Positions 47,177 to 57,777 are shown, numbered from the stretch's first letter. The stretch is 64,000 nucleotides of DNA from Vicinamibacterales bacterium (GCA_038919385.1 JBCKZH010000004.1:1132-65131), one strand, 5' to 3'. Notes: generated from the sequence alone by a model not told the origin. Translations and numbers: made by a program.

Positions 47177-47722
47177 ATGCATTCGCACGACATGAACCCG
47201 CCCTACAAGTTCTGCCCGGTGTGCGGCAGCCCGCTCGAGCCTCGTGTCTTGAAGGTGACCGAGCCGAAGCGGCTGGTCTGCACCAGCGCGGCGTGCGGGT
47301 TCGTGTTCTACCTGGATCCCAAGATCGCGGTCGGCACCATCATCCGCGTCAACGACGGGCGGCAGATTGTGCTGGTGAAGCGGGCCATTGAACCCGGCTA
47401 CGGCAAGTGGGTGTTTCCTGGTGGCTATGTCGACCGCGGCGAGGAGATCACGCTCGCGGCCATTCGCGAGGCCCGTGAAGAGGTGGGACTTGACGTCCGG
47501 CTCGACCACCTGATCGACATCTACTCGTACGCCGGCCGCGCGCCGGTGATCATCGTCTATGCCGCGACGAAGATCGCGGGCGAGCTCGTAGTAGATGACG
47601 AAGGGCTGGAGGCGAGGGAGTTCGACCTGGATGCGATCCCGTGGGACGAACTGGCGTTTCGCAGCACGAGCGAAGCCCTGCGCGATTACCTCGACACGAA
47701 AGGGCCGGGCCCGCGCGCCTAG
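47177..47722 (+). CDS. Zn-ribbon Nudix hydrolase
   Basis: FCPVCG, C..CGFVFY and Nudix box PGG...GE....AAIREAREE.G. Confidence 0.92.
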   Translation: MHSHDMNPPYKFCPVCGSPLEPRVLKVTEPKRLVCTSAACGFVFYLDPKIAVGTIIRVNDGRQIVLVKRAIEPGYGKWVFPGGYVDRGEEITLAAIREAREEVGLDVRLDHLIDIYSYAGRAPVIIVYAATKIAGELVVDDEGLEAREFDLDAIPWDELAFRSTSEALRDYLDTKGPGPRA

Positions 47723-48891
47723 TCTTCGGGCGCGCCCGGCAGCAGCGGTTCGAGCTCCAGCGCCTGCGCGCCGTTCTCGGTGCACACCGCGAACTTGGTC
47801 TCACCGGCGCGATACATGGCCACGCCGGCATAGTCCCCCTGCTTGTTCAGCGCGAAGAACCGGATGTTGAAGTTCGGGTTGCCCTTCGAGTTCAGCAACC
47901 GTGACTCGATGGTATTGGCCTTGATGCGCTTCAGCGCCTCCATGCCGGCGTCCTTGGGCGACATGCCGCGCCGCATCGACTCGACGATCAGAAATGACGA
48001 CAGATTATAGAGGTTGGCCTCGCCACGGCCGGTCGAACCCGCCGCGCCGACTTCGTTGTCGACATAGAGGCCGGCGCCGAGGATGGGCGAATCGCCGGTG
48101 CGGCCGGGAATCTTCCACGCCAGGCCGCTGGTGGTCGTGACGCCGCAGATGTCGCCGTTCGGGCCCAGGCCGTCGCAGTTGATGGTGCCCCAGAAGCTGC
48201 CTTCGGGAATCAGGCCATCGCGCACCATCGACTGGCCGGCGGCCATGGCCCGCGCCTGCCACGCCGCTTCGTCGCCTGGATCCTTCTCGTGCTTCGGCTT
48301 CGGCTTGCGCTCGTTGCCGTTGGGATCCAGCCAGTGCTCGGGGTCGACGCGGCGCTTCCACTCGCGCCACAGGCGACGCGACGTCTCGGTGTTGAGATCG
48401 TCTTCGACCGTGAAGCCCATGTTGCGCGCGAACTGCTGCGCGCCGGCGCCGACCAGCAGGTGATGATCGGTGTAGTCCATCACCGCCTTGGCCACCAGCG
48501 AGGGCGTGCGCACGCCTTCGAGGCATGCCACGGCGCCCGCGCGCTTCTTCGGCCCGTGCATGCACGAGGCGTCGAGTTCGATCACGCCATTCGCGTTGGG
48601 CAAGGCACCGTAGCCAATGCCGGTCTCCAGTGGATCAAGCTCGGGAATGTTCACGCCGGCGATCAGCGCGTCGAGGACATCCTGACCCTCGGTGATCAGG
48701 CGGAAGGCGCGCTGCACGGCGTTCTCGGCGCCGCCATTCTTGAATTGCCAACCCGAGTAATCGGAAATCACGACGGGCCGGACGGTGCGCAGCACGGCCG
48801 GCGCCCGCTGGGGGGCCGGCACCTGGGCCAACGACAGCGGCGCGGCGGCGGCCAGGGAGGCAGTCTTCACGAAGTCGCGGCGGGTAATCAT
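47719..48891 (-). CDS. Tat-exported glycosylasparaginase / asparaginase-2 (Ntn hydrolase)
   Basis: TRRDFVK Tat motif; ELDASCM, GTIN (nucleophile Thr), GRTGDSPI.GAG and TGRGE. Confidence 0.9.
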   Translation of the reverse strand: MITRRDFVKTASLAAAAPLSLAQVPAPQRAPAVLRTVRPVVISDYSGWQFKNGGAENAVQRAFRLITEGQDVLDALIAGVNIPELDPLETGIGYGALPNANGVIELDASCMHGPKKRAGAVACLEGVRTPSLVAKAVMDYTDHHLLVGAGAQQFARNMGFTVEDDLNTETSRRLWREWKRRVDPEHWLDPNGNERKPKPKHEKDPGDEAAWQARAMAAGQSMVRDGLIPEGSFWGTINCDGLGPNGDICGVTTTSGLAWKIPGRTGDSPILGAGLYVDNEVGAAGSTGRGEANLYNLSSFLIVESMRRGMSPKDAGMEALKRIKANTIESRLLNSKGNPNFNIRFFALNKQGDYAGVAMYRAGETKFAVCTENGAQALELEPLLPGAPED

Positions 48892-48955
48892 GCCGAAAGA
48901 ATACTCGGCTGGCCACCGCATGACCACCTTTACGTAGGGGCAGGGGCCGACTCAG

Positions 48956-49444
48956 CTACCAGAACTTGGCCGGGCCCTTGATCCGTCCCGAGAGGATTGC
49001 GGTTCGAACATCGTCGATGGTCGCCAGCCCCCCGGGGGCCGTGCCACCCCACTCGAATTGCGTCGCGGCCGGCGTCCAGTGAAACAGCGCCACATGCCAG
49101 GTGGGATCGTTCCCGCGGCGCTGGTAATAGACGAGACAGCGATCGATCGAGCACCCCGCCGCGACCAGCCGACGAGTCGGCACGAGTGAACTGACGATGA
49201 CGCCGGTCATCTGAAAGTCGGCTCCGGGTTCAGCAATGTCGAGCGTCTGGCTGCCGAATAGCGCCTGCAAGCCGTCGCGGACGCCGAGCGGCAGTCCCCT
49301 GATTGAGGTGACAATCCCGAACCGCTCGTTCTGCACGTGGGCCCGCAGTGCGGCGGGAATTCCGGCGTCCGGCGCCTGACCAGTGGCCGCCATCACCGAC
49401 CACAGGCTCAGGCAGATTGTGCAGAGCAGTTGTGTCCGAGGCAT
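48956..49444 (-). CDS. Secreted hypothetical protein
   Basis: Signal peptide; AEPGADFQ.T..P.RRLVAAGC. Confidence 0.7.
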   Translation of the reverse strand: MPRTQLLCTICLSLWSVMAATGQAPDAGIPAALRAHVQNERFGIVTSIRGLPLGVRDGLQALFGSQTLDIAEPGADFQMTGVIVSSLVPTRRLVAAGCSIDRCLVYYQRRGNDPTWHVALFHWTPAATQFEWGGTAPGGLATIDDVRTAILSGRIKGPAKFW

Positions 49445-49458
49445 AAGTCCCCGCGACT

Positions 49459-51189
49459 CTACCGCAACCAGGCGTTTCTTTCCTGCGGCGAGATTTGGAG
49501 CACGCGGCCCTGCGGTGTTTCGAGTAGCGGGGTCACCTGCAACCCGTCGAGCTCGATGGCACGCGGGAGCCACGGCGCGGAGTGGCCAATCGGAAAGTCC
49601 TTGAACACATCGACGACCAGCACCCGATCAGGCAGCGTGCCGTCGGGGTTGGGCGCGAACAACTCGCCCGGGCGGAACACTGCAGGCGCGCCCGTGTAAA
49701 CGCCAGCCATCGTTCCGTTCGGCAGCTTCACGAGAAACCGCTCGCGAACGAAGTCGTCGAGCGCCAGCCAGCGATCGATGCGGCCAACCAGCAGCAGGCA
49801 GGCCAGTTCGTCGGTGCAGGCCACGCGATCGGTGGGCTGCAGACCCGCCCGAACTTCGTCCATGCCGGCGATGGCAATCGTCGGCCGCGCCACCTCGAGG
49901 CGGTCCTGCAGTGATCCAGTCCCTCGCCACTGATCCAGGCCAGTCGCGATGGCTATCAGGGCAATGACGGCAACTGCCAGCCGACCAGCGAGGGGCGATC
50001 CTGATGGCAACCAGCGGGAAGCGATCGCATCGGTATCGATCGCGATGGCGATAAGCATCAGCGTGACCGGCAGCAGCAGGTAGTTGGTCGTGATGCCGGA
50101 ATCGATGACGCCGAACCACAGCACCCAGAACATCCACAACAGGTGAGCGGCGCGCTCGTGCGGCCGCCACTCCCCGCCCGCACCGGCCAGCCGCGCGACG
50201 AGGCCGGCCAGCGCCACGGCGGTGGCGACCGGATGTGCCATCGCGATGTGCCGGAACATGTCGAGCGGATACCTCGCTCCGTCGGACAACACAGCCGTCA
50301 CGACCGAAAGGTCCACTGGGCCAACGTTGCTGGCGCGCGCCAGGGAGAAGGCGATCGGCATGACGGCGCCACACAGTGCGAGCACCGCGGCAAAGGCCGC
50401 CCGCGTGGGCGCGACCAGCCAGGTCAAGACCATCAGCGCCAGCACGATGCCGTACTGCCGATCGGCGGGCACCTCGAACAGGTTCAGCACTTGCCAGAGA
50501 AAGAACCGGCGGACCATCGTCTCGCCGCCGCCCGGCTGAAGGTAGTGCAGGACAAACAGCGTGGCCTGTGCCGCCGCGAGTCCGCACACGATGGCCGCGG
50601 TCGCGAACAACCACTTGCGCCGATCGATGCGCGGCCCTAACACCGCACAGAGGAACGGAATGCCCGCCACGGTGAATTCGAGTTCGTGCAACCAGCGACC
50701 GATCGCGGCCGTGGCCAACAGCGCGAGGCAAAGCCGGCGCGTGATGCCATGCGAGTGAACCACGCTTAACAGGTAGAGACCGAGCAGATACGCAGCCAGG
50801 AACGGCGCGTAGAAACGGCCCGCTGTGGCGGTCGCCCAGAACGGAAGCGACACTGACACCAGTGTCGCCGCCAGCAGCGCGGCGCGCTCGGTGGCAAGGC
50901 GGCGAACGATCGCGAACGTGAGCAGCACCGAGGCCAGTGCGCAGATCAGGCTCAGCGCGCGGTACCCCGGAAGTTCCGTACCGGAGATGCCGCCCGCGAT
51001 CCAACTGGCGTAGGAATAGGCCAGGCCGCGATCGTAAAGCAGGCCCGACGGCAGGAGCGGGAGGTGTGCAGACTGGATGCCGCGAACGGCGAAGATCGTG
51101 AACTCTTCGTCAACCGAATAGCCGGGGCGCGAGAGCTGGAAGGCGCCGGCGAGCAGGATCAGGGCGGCAAGGACGACAGGCCGCGTCAC
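49459..51189 (-). CDS. GT-C (ArnT/PMT, family 39-like) membrane glycosyltransferase
   Basis: DE in the first loop, YSY, RALS and GRFYA; many TMs. Confidence 0.8.
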   Translation of the reverse strand: MTRPVVLAALILLAGAFQLSRPGYSVDEEFTIFAVRGIQSAHLPLLPSGLLYDRGLAYSYASWIAGGISGTELPGYRALSLICALASVLLTFAIVRRLATERAALLAATLVSVSLPFWATATAGRFYAPFLAAYLLGLYLLSVVHSHGITRRLCLALLATAAIGRWLHELEFTVAGIPFLCAVLGPRIDRRKWLFATAAIVCGLAAAQATLFVLHYLQPGGGETMVRRFFLWQVLNLFEVPADRQYGIVLALMVLTWLVAPTRAAFAAVLALCGAVMPIAFSLARASNVGPVDLSVVTAVLSDGARYPLDMFRHIAMAHPVATAVALAGLVARLAGAGGEWRPHERAAHLLWMFWVLWFGVIDSGITTNYLLLPVTLMLIAIAIDTDAIASRWLPSGSPLAGRLAVAVIALIAIATGLDQWRGTGSLQDRLEVARPTIAIAGMDEVRAGLQPTDRVACTDELACLLLVGRIDRWLALDDFVRERFLVKLPNGTMAGVYTGAPAVFRPGELFAPNPDGTLPDRVLVVDVFKDFPIGHSAPWLPRAIELDGLQVTPLLETPQGRVLQISPQERNAWLR

Positions 51190-52235
51190 GCGATGGTGAT
51201 GTCCTTGCTGAGGTACACGTCCTGGATCGCGTTGAGCAAGCCGACGCCGTCATTCATGGAACGCTGGAACGCCTTACGGCCAGAGAGCAGGCCCATGCCG
51301 CCGGCGCGCTTGTTGATCACCGACGTCTTCACCGCCTCCTTGAGGTCGCTCTCACCCGCCGACGCGCCGCCGGAGTTAATCAAGCCAACCCGGCCCATGT
51401 AGCAGTTAACCAGTTGGTAGCGCGTGAGGTCGATCGGATGATCGCTGCTCAGTTCGGCATAGACCTTCTTATCGGTCTTACCGAAGTTGAAGGCGTTGTA
51501 GCCGCCGTTACAGTCGGGCAGCTTCTGCTTGATGATGTCGGCCTCGATGGTCACGCCGAGGTGATTGGCCTGGCCGGTGAGATCCGCTGCCAGGTTGTAG
51601 TCCACATCCTCGGTCTTGAAGGCGGAGTTGCGCAGGTAACACCACAGTACCGTGAACATGCCCAGCTCGTGCGCGTGCTGGAACATCTCGGTCACTTCCT
51701 GGATCTGCCGCTTCGACTCTTCCGACCCGAAGTAGATCGTGGCGCCGACACCGGCCGCGCCCATGTCGAAGCCCTGCTTCACGCTGGCGAAGCGGATCTG
51801 ATCGTAGGCATTCGGATACGAGAGGAACTCGTTGTGATTGAGCTTCAGGATGAACGGGATCTGGTGCGCGTACTTCCTCGCGACCATGCCCAGCACGCCC
51901 AGCGTTGAGGCCACGCCGTTGCAGCCGCCTTCGATGGCGAGCTTCACGATGTTCTCGGGATCGAAGTACTGCGGGTTGGGCGCGAACGCGGCGCCGGCCG
52001 AATGCTCAATGCCATGATCGACCGGCAGGATCGAGACGTAGCCCGTGCCACGCAATCGCCCGTGATCGAGCAGCGACTGCAGGCGGCCCAGGACCGGCAC
52101 CGGCCGATTCGACGACAAGTGGATGCGCTCCACGAAGTCGGGGCCGGGCAAGTGCAGGGTCTCTTTCGGGATCTTGCACTGGTGCTTCAGGAGGGTGGTG
52201 GCCTCGGCTCCGAGAATTTCTTCGACGTTAGGCAT
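51186..52235 (-). CDS. fbaB: Class I fructose-bisphosphate aldolase
   Basis: [23 protein letters not shown] and GRKAFQ motifs. Confidence 0.95.
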   Translation of the reverse strand: MPNVEEILGAEATTLLKHQCKIPKETLHLPGPDFVERIHLSSNRPVPVLGRLQSLLDHGRLRGTGYVSILPVDHGIEHSAGAAFAPNPQYFDPENIVKLAIEGGCNGVASTLGVLGMVARKYAHQIPFILKLNHNEFLSYPNAYDQIRFASVKQGFDMGAAGVGATIYFGSEESKRQIQEVTEMFQHAHELGMFTVLWCYLRNSAFKTEDVDYNLAADLTGQANHLGVTIEADIIKQKLPDCNGGYNAFNFGKTDKKVYAELSSDHPIDLTRYQLVNCYMGRVGLINSGGASAGESDLKEAVKTSVINKRAGGMGLLSGRKAFQRSMNDGVGLLNAIQDVYLSKDITIA

Positions 52236-52241
52236 GGCGTT

Positions 52242-53414
52242 CTACTTTACCACCGGATAGGTCAGGTGCTCCACGACGACCTCGCTGGCCGCTGCCTTGA
52301 CCATGTCGGCCACCAGCAGGGTCGCTTCCACCTCGTCGATCTGATGGCGCCGGGCATGCGTTTCCGGGTGCCGGGGTGTGAACAGGGTGCAGGTGTCCTG
52401 GTCGGGCACGATCGAGATCTCGAAGGTGCCAAGCTGCCGGGCCTGACCGATGATCTCTTCCTTGTCCATGCCGACCAGCGGCCGAAAAATCGGCAGGCGC
52501 GTCGCGCTGTCGGCGGCGGCGATGTTGTCGAGTGTCTGCGACGCCACCTGGCCGATCACGTCGCCGGTGACCAGCGCGCGGGCGCGCACGTCCCGGGCAA
52601 TGCGTTCGGCAATCCGCAGCATGAACCGCCGGTAGATGATCACGCGCAAATCACCGGGCACGCTCAGCGTGACCTGCCGTTGCAGCTCGCCGAACGGCAC
52701 CAGGAACAACCGCGTGCGCAACTGGTAGCGCGTCAGCACTTCGGCCAGCCGCCGCGCCTTCTGCTGCGAGGTGTTGTCCAGGAATGGCGCGCTGTGAAAA
52801 TGCACGAGCGTGACGTGACAGCCGCGCTTCATCATGCGCCACGCCGCCACCGGCGAATCGATCCCGCCAGACAAGAGCGCGGTGACGCGGCCGGCCGTGC
52901 CCGTCGGCAACCCGCCAGGGCCCGCTTCCTTCCGCATGTAGAGATAGGCGTGACCCGGAACGATCTCTACGGTGATCACCAGGTCGGCGTGATCCAGATC
53001 GACCCTCCAACCACGGGCGTGCCACACCTTCGAACCCAGGTCGCGCGCCAGATCGGGCGAGGGCACGGCAAAGTGCCGATCGGCGCGGCGCACGTACACG
53101 CGAAAGCTGGTCACGCTCTCTTTCGGAGGCAGCCGCGACACGATCGCCTCGGCCATCCCGTCGAAGTCAAGCGGCACGCGAGTGGCCACCGAGTAGTTGG
53201 CGATACCGAACACGCGGGCCAGGCGCTCGCGAATCTCGTCGGCCGTGGCCTCGCGGCCGAGCACGATCTCGATGCGCCCCATCGGCGTGCGAATCTCGCG
53301 CACGCTCAGGCCGGCCAGCGCCATGTGCAGGTGGCGCACCAGCCGCCCGATGAACCACGGCCGGTTCTTTCCCTTGAGGGCGATCTCCGAGTAGTGGGCG
53401 AGGATTGATGTCAT
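52242..53414 (-). CDS. thiI: tRNA 4-thiouridine synthase (THUMP plus PP-loop, no rhodanese domain)
   Basis: EIALKGKNR, LSGGIDSPVA, GQVASQT and DTC motifs. Confidence 0.95.
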   Translation of the reverse strand: MTSILAHYSEIALKGKNRPWFIGRLVRHLHMALAGLSVREIRTPMGRIEIVLGREATADEIRERLARVFGIANYSVATRVPLDFDGMAEAIVSRLPPKESVTSFRVYVRRADRHFAVPSPDLARDLGSKVWHARGWRVDLDHADLVITVEIVPGHAYLYMRKEAGPGGLPTGTAGRVTALLSGGIDSPVAAWRMMKRGCHVTLVHFHSAPFLDNTSQQKARRLAEVLTRYQLRTRLFLVPFGELQRQVTLSVPGDLRVIIYRRFMLRIAERIARDVRARALVTGDVIGQVASQTLDNIAAADSATRLPIFRPLVGMDKEEIIGQARQLGTFEISIVPDQDTCTLFTPRHPETHARRHQIDEVEATLLVADMVKAAASEVVVEHLTYPVVK

Positions 53415-54766
53415 TGGAATGCAACCAGGAAGGCTGCCGCGCGGTGGCCCGATACCGCCGCCGACTCGATGGTCGCCGGCAGCCCGGTGTCGACCCAGTC
53501 GCCGGCCAGCAGGAAGCCGCTAATGGCCGTTTCGGTTTGCGGCCGCGGCGGTGCGCCGGGGGCCAACGAGAAGGTCGAACGCTTTTCGCGAACCGCCAGG
53601 CCTTTGCGGACGGTGGCGGCGCGCGCTGCCGGTAAAGCGGACCGCACATCCGCGAGCGCGGTGGCGATCAACGCCTCGTTGGTCATCGCCACAATCGCTT
53701 CAGCGCCGCTCGAGATCAACGACAGGTGCGACCCGGCACCGCCGACGATGGCTCGGCGATCGAAAACCCACTGAAACGCGCGCGCCGGCAGGCCGATCAA
53801 GGGCTCGTGCATCACCGGCCGATCGAACCACAGGTTGACGGTGACGATGGGGAGACTGCCGAGCGCCGACGCATTCGCGATGGTGTTCGCCAGGGCGGCC
53901 GGCGCGTCATCGAACAACCCGCCAAGCGCGTGCCACGGCACCGTGGAGATCACCGCGGGTGCCGCGATGTGCTCGCCGCGCACGCGGACACCGGTGACAC
54001 GGCCATCGGCAACCTCCACCTTTGCCGGCGCGTTCGTCCGCACTTCGTGCCCGCGTGCCTCGAGCCACGCTCTCGCCGGCTCGGCATACAGTTCATCGAG
54101 CGGCACCGCGGGCATCACGAGCGACGCCGCTGCCGGGTCGGGCCCGAACATCTGCTCGAGCACGCGCACAAAATAAGACGCGGCGGCCTGATCGATCGAT
54201 TGGTTCAGGGCCGCCAGCGCCAGCGGCTCCCAGAACAACTCGCACAGGCGCGGCGCCTGGCCGTGCCGCGCGAGCCATTCGCGGACCGTTTCGCGATTGA
54301 TAATCCGTTCGGCGGAACTAAAGTTCCGCCCTTCTGACCTCGACCCCTTGGTCGGACCAAGGGCCGCTCCGACACGGATGATCGACAGCCGTTCGTGCCA
54401 ACTGAGCGCGTCCCATGCCAGCACGCCGCCCAGCAGATGCAGCGGCGACGGCAAGGGCGGCAGCTTCAACACCGACTCGTGGCCCAACTGGTCGATCATC
54501 GTCAGCGCCAACCCGGCCTGCCACCGCACCAGGTCCGACGCACCAATCCGATCGAGCAGCTTCAGCGTGTCGGCGTAGCACCCCATCAGGATGTGCTGGC
54601 CGTTGTCGACGCGCTCGCCGGTCTCTGGATCGGTGAAGGCCGTGGCCCGGCCACCGAGCCCGGGGCGGGCCTCAAGCACCAGCACGCGCGCGCCGGCCTC
54701 GGCCAGCGCGGTCGCGGCGCTGAATCCGGCCACGCCGCCGCCGATGACAATGACGTCGGCGCTCAC
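53411..54766 (-). CDS. hpnE: Hydroxysqualene dehydroxylase
   Basis: GGGVAG, GGRA, DNGQH and AGDW..TGLPATIESA motifs; start GTG 54766. Confidence 0.92.
   Translation of the reverse strand: MSADVIVIGGGVAGFSAATALAEAGARVLVLEARPGLGGRATAFTDPETGERVDNGQHILMGCYADTLKLLDRIGASDLVRWQAGLALTMIDQLGHESVLKLPPLPSPLHLLGGVLAWDALSWHERLSIIRVGAALGPTKGSRSEGRNFSSAERIINRETVREWLARHGQAPRLCELFWEPLALAALNQSIDQAAASYFVRVLEQMFGPDPAAASLVMPAVPLDELYAEPARAWLEARGHEVRTNAPAKVEVADGRVTGVRVRGEHIAAPAVISTVPWHALGGLFDDAPAALANTIANASALGSLPIVTVNLWFDRPVMHEPLIGLPARAFQWVFDRRAIVGGAGSHLSLISSGAEAIVAMTNEALIATALADVRSALPAARAATVRKGLAVREKRSTFSLAPGAPPRPQTETAISGFLLAGDWVDTGLPATIESAAVSGHRAAAFLVAFQ
54311..54336. repeat. REP-like palindrome in frame inside hpnE
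   Basis: GGCGGAACT-AA-AGTTCCGCC-CTTCTG; covarying copy at 57031. Confidence 0.75.
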
Positions 54767-55605
54767 GCCCGTGAGAACAGGCGGTAGCCGAGCGCCGACA
54801 GTTGGCCACGCGCCCAGATGGTGAGAGCAATCCTGGCGCGGACCGCCTTGGGTACGCGAATCACGTCTGTAAACACATCGAAGCCGCGGCGCTCGATGCG
54901 CTGGAGGATCTCGAAGTAGATGCCGCCCATGATCTCCGCGGCGACGAGGCAGTGCGCGTCGGCGTGCGGCATCGCTTGCGCGGCGGCGGTGTAGAACTGT
55001 CTGGCGCGCTGGCATTGATGGGCCAGCAGGCGGCGAATCGGATCGGTGACGATGCCCGCGCGGAGGCCGGCTTCGGTCACGCCAAACCGCGAGAGATCCT
55101 CTTGTGGCAGGTAGACGCGCCCATTCTTCAGATCGACCGCGACGTCGCGAATGATGTTGGTGAGCTGCAGGGCCAGGCCCAGATTGAACGCATAGTCCCT
55201 GGAGCGCGAATCGCGGGCGCCAAAGATCTCGATGCAGATCAGACCCACGGCCGAGGCGACGCGGCGGCAATAGCCGGTCAGTTCGTCGAAGGTCTGGTAG
55301 CGAGACTGGCGCAGGTCCATCGCCACACCATCGACCAGGTCGTCGAACGGCGGCCGCGACAGTGAGAAGGCCGCCACCACGGACGCGAGTTGCCGTCCCT
55401 GCGGGGTGACCGGCGCGCCACCGCCAAACAGGCGATCCACCTCGGCGCGCCACTTCGCAATCTCGATCGCCGCCGTCGACTCATCCGGCGCCTCATCGAC
55501 CGCGTCGTCCACCGCGCGACAGAAGTCCCACACCAGGCCAATGGCACGGCGCTGCGCGTCGGGCAGGACTAGGAACGAATAGGAGAAGGAGGTGTCGCGC
55601 GCCAC
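54763..55605 (-). CDS. hpnD: Presqualene diphosphate synthase
   Basis: TSFSYSF, FCRAVDDAVD, YC.RVA, LQLTNIIRD and GRVYLP motifs. Confidence 0.92.
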   Translation of the reverse strand: MARDTSFSYSFLVLPDAQRRAIGLVWDFCRAVDDAVDEAPDESTAAIEIAKWRAEVDRLFGGGAPVTPQGRQLASVVAAFSLSRPPFDDLVDGVAMDLRQSRYQTFDELTGYCRRVASAVGLICIEIFGARDSRSRDYAFNLGLALQLTNIIRDVAVDLKNGRVYLPQEDLSRFGVTEAGLRAGIVTDPIRRLLAHQCQRARQFYTAAAQAMPHADAHCLVAAEIMGGIYFEILQRIERRGFDVFTDVIRVPKAVRARIALTIWARGQLSALGYRLFSRA

Positions 55606-56471
55606 AGCAGCGTTTTAGAAGCTATCACTATTGCGTCCGGGGTGCCGAGCCTGGGTCGGGCGCTGAACACGTCGTAGTCCGCGGCCTCGAGGCGGTCGAG
55701 GATGCGCGAGCCGCCAAGCCAGGTCGCGCGAAGTTCGTAGCGCAGGCGGCCCGTCACGCCGTCGCACACCGGCCGGCCCTCGTCGAACAGTTGGCGCGTG
55801 CGCTGACCGCAGGCGCGCATGGTGGCGGTCCACTCCGGCGTCATCCGCCGGCGGTCGAGTGCCGCCGGATCGGCGCCCGCCGCCCGCCATTCCTCTTCCG
55901 GCACATACAGCCGGCCCCGCGGCCAGTCGATAGCCAGGTCCTGCCAGAAGTTTGTCAACTGCAGAGCCGTGCACACAGCATCGGACGCGCGATCGAGGGC
56001 GTCGTCACGATAGCCGCTCAGCCGCAACACCAGCCGGCCGACCGGATTCGCCGACCGCCGGCAATAGTCGAGCACCGCCTCCCACGACGCGTAGCGCGGC
56101 GTCACCACGTCCTGCCTGAATGCGCTCAGGAGGTCATGAAAGGGCCCTGCCGGGAGGTCGAAGTGTGCGCGCGTGTCAGCGAGCGCGCGGAAGATCGTGT
56201 CGGGAGGGCACTGCTTGTCGGGAGGGCAATCCTTGTCGGGAAAGTGCTCGCCATCAAGCCGGCGTCCCCACTCATCCAGCAAGCGCAGGCGCTCTTCGGG
56301 CTCACGGCCCGGCTCGTCCGCAAAGTCGTCGGCGGTCCGGGCAAACGCATAGATCGCCGCGACATGCGGCCGCAGCCGGGCCGGCATCAGCCGTGAGGCA
56401 ACCGGAAAGTTCTCGTAGTGTGATTCGGCGAGCGCCTGACAAGCCGCGTAGGCTTGTTGGAGGTCTACCAC
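55569..56471 (-). CDS. hpnC: Hydroxysqualene synthase
   Basis: HYENFPVAS, FARTADDFADE, SANPVGRL and LQLTNFWQD motifs. Confidence 0.93.
   Translation of the reverse strand: MVDLQQAYAACQALAESHYENFPVASRLMPARLRPHVAAIYAFARTADDFADEPGREPEERLRLLDEWGRRLDGEHFPDKDCPPDKQCPPDTIFRALADTRAHFDLPAGPFHDLLSAFRQDVVTPRYASWEAVLDYCRRSANPVGRLVLRLSGYRDDALDRASDAVCTALQLTNFWQDLAIDWPRGRLYVPEEEWRAAGADPAALDRRRMTPEWTATMRACGQRTRQLFDEGRPVCDGVTGRLRYELRATWLGGSRILDRLEAADYDVFSARPRLGTPDAIVIASKTLLWRATPPSPIRS
56199..56249. repeat. 18-bp tandem repeat in frame inside hpnC
   Basis: gtcgggagggcactgctt / gtcgggagggcaatcctt / gtcgggaaagtgctc, encoding FPDKDCPPDKQCPPD. Confidence 0.8.
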
Positions 56472-57004
56472 TTGGTTTCAGGAACGCCGGCGCGGTGATT
56501 GGCAGCTCGGGCCATGGTGAATAGCAGATCCGACAGCCGGTTGAGATAGACGATCACCACCGGCTCGACGGCCTCGGCGCCCAGCAGCAGCACCGACCGC
56601 TCGGCGCGGCGGCACACCGTGCGCGCGTAGTGTAGCGCGGCGCCGGCCGGGCAGCCATCCGACAGGATGAAGTGGCGCAGCGGCGCGATTTCCTCATCGA
56701 GCTTGTCGATCCACCCTTCGAGCCGGGCGATGCTGTCGTCGTCGATCGCGATCTTCTCGACCCGCTTGGCGATCTTGTGCGACGGGTCGGCCAGCCGCGC
56801 GCCCAGCGCGAACAGGTCGCGCTGCAGCGTCACGCACATCTGGTCGAGATCCTGTGGCAGTCCGGCGGCCCGGACCATGCCGAGGCACGCCTGTATCTCG
56901 TCCACATCGCCGTAGGCACTCACTCGCGGGTGGGTCTTCGAGACGCGGGTGCCGTCGAACAGGCTGGTGTCGCCGCTGTCGCCGGTTTTTGTGTAGATGG
57001 ACAC
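56465..57004 (-). CDS. pduO: Cob(I)alamin adenosyltransferase, PduO type
   Basis: IYTKTGD.G.TSL, YG.VDE, ARTVCRRAER and YLNRLSD motifs. Confidence 0.93.
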   Translation of the reverse strand: MSIYTKTGDSGDTSLFDGTRVSKTHPRVSAYGDVDEIQACLGMVRAAGLPQDLDQMCVTLQRDLFALGARLADPSHKIAKRVEKIAIDDDSIARLEGWIDKLDEEIAPLRHFILSDGCPAGAALHYARTVCRRAERSVLLLGAEAVEPVVIVYLNRLSDLLFTMARAANHRAGVPETKW

Positions 57005-57030
57005 TGGTAGGATTATAGGCGGCCAAGGCG

Positions 57031-57056
57031 GCCGGGACTAAAGTCCCGGCCTTCTG
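57031..57056. repeat. Intergenic REP-like palindrome
   Basis: GCCGGGACT-AA-AGTCCCGGC-CTTCTG. Confidence 0.75.
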
Positions 57057-57081
57057 GCATAACGCTAACGCGTCCACCACC

Positions 57082-57777
57082 TTGCCCCATACCAGACGCT
57101 CGCATCCACTGCCCACTCCTGCCCTGCGACAGCGCTTCCGGCGTAACCTGCTGGCCTGGTATCGCAAGAACGGGCGCGACCTGCCCTGGCGCAATACCAG
57201 CGACCCGTACCACATCCTGGTCTCGGAGATCATGCTGCAGCAGACGCAAGTCGATCGCGTGCTGCCGAAGTATCACGAGTGGCTCGGCAAGTATCCCAGC
57301 TTCGCCGTGCTGGCCGAAGCTCCGGCGGCGGAGGTGACGAAGACCTGGTACCCGCTCGGCTACAACATCCGGCCGAAGCGGCTGCAGCTAATTGCGCAAC
57401 AGGCGGTCGAGAAGTACGACGGCCAGTTGCCGTCCGATCGCGAGACGCTGCTGTCGTTCAAAGGGATCGGCGAGTACACCGCCGGCGCGGTCCGCAGCTT
57501 CGCCTTCCGCCAGCGCGCCGCCATTCTCGACACCAACGTCGCACGCGTGCTGTTCCGCATCTTCATCGGCAAGGGCGACCCCAAGAGCCACGCCATGAAG
57601 AAACGGCTGTGGGCGCACAGCGAAGCCGTGCTGCCCCACAAGCACGTCTTCGACTTCAACCAGGCGCTGATGGATTTCGGCGCCACGCACTGCAGCGCAC
57701 GGAAGCCGAAATGTCCGGTGTGCCCGATGAAGGGATTCTGCAAGTCAGGCGGAGTCGGGCGGGTCAGGCTGGTCTGA
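57082..57777 (+). CDS. mutY: A/G-specific adenine glycosylase, catalytic domain only
   Basis: RDLPWR, VSEIMLQQTQV, GIGEYTA, DTNV, NQALMDFG and a 4Fe-4S Cys motif; no C-terminal Nudix-like domain. Confidence 0.9.
   Translation: MPHTRRSHPLPTPALRQRFRRNLLAWYRKNGRDLPWRNTSDPYHILVSEIMLQQTQVDRVLPKYHEWLGKYPSFAVLAEAPAAEVTKTWYPLGYNIRPKRLQLIAQQAVEKYDGQLPSDRETLLSFKGIGEYTAGAVRSFAFRQRAAILDTNVARVLFRIFIGKGDPKSHAMKKRLWAHSEAVLPHKHVFDFNQALMDFGATHCSARKPKCPVCPMKGFCKSGGVGRVRLV

Noticed and set aside
54767-55453. N-terminal extension making HpnE 680 aa
   Set aside because: Overlaps hpnD in another frame; the real start is GTG 54766, just before the Rossmann motif
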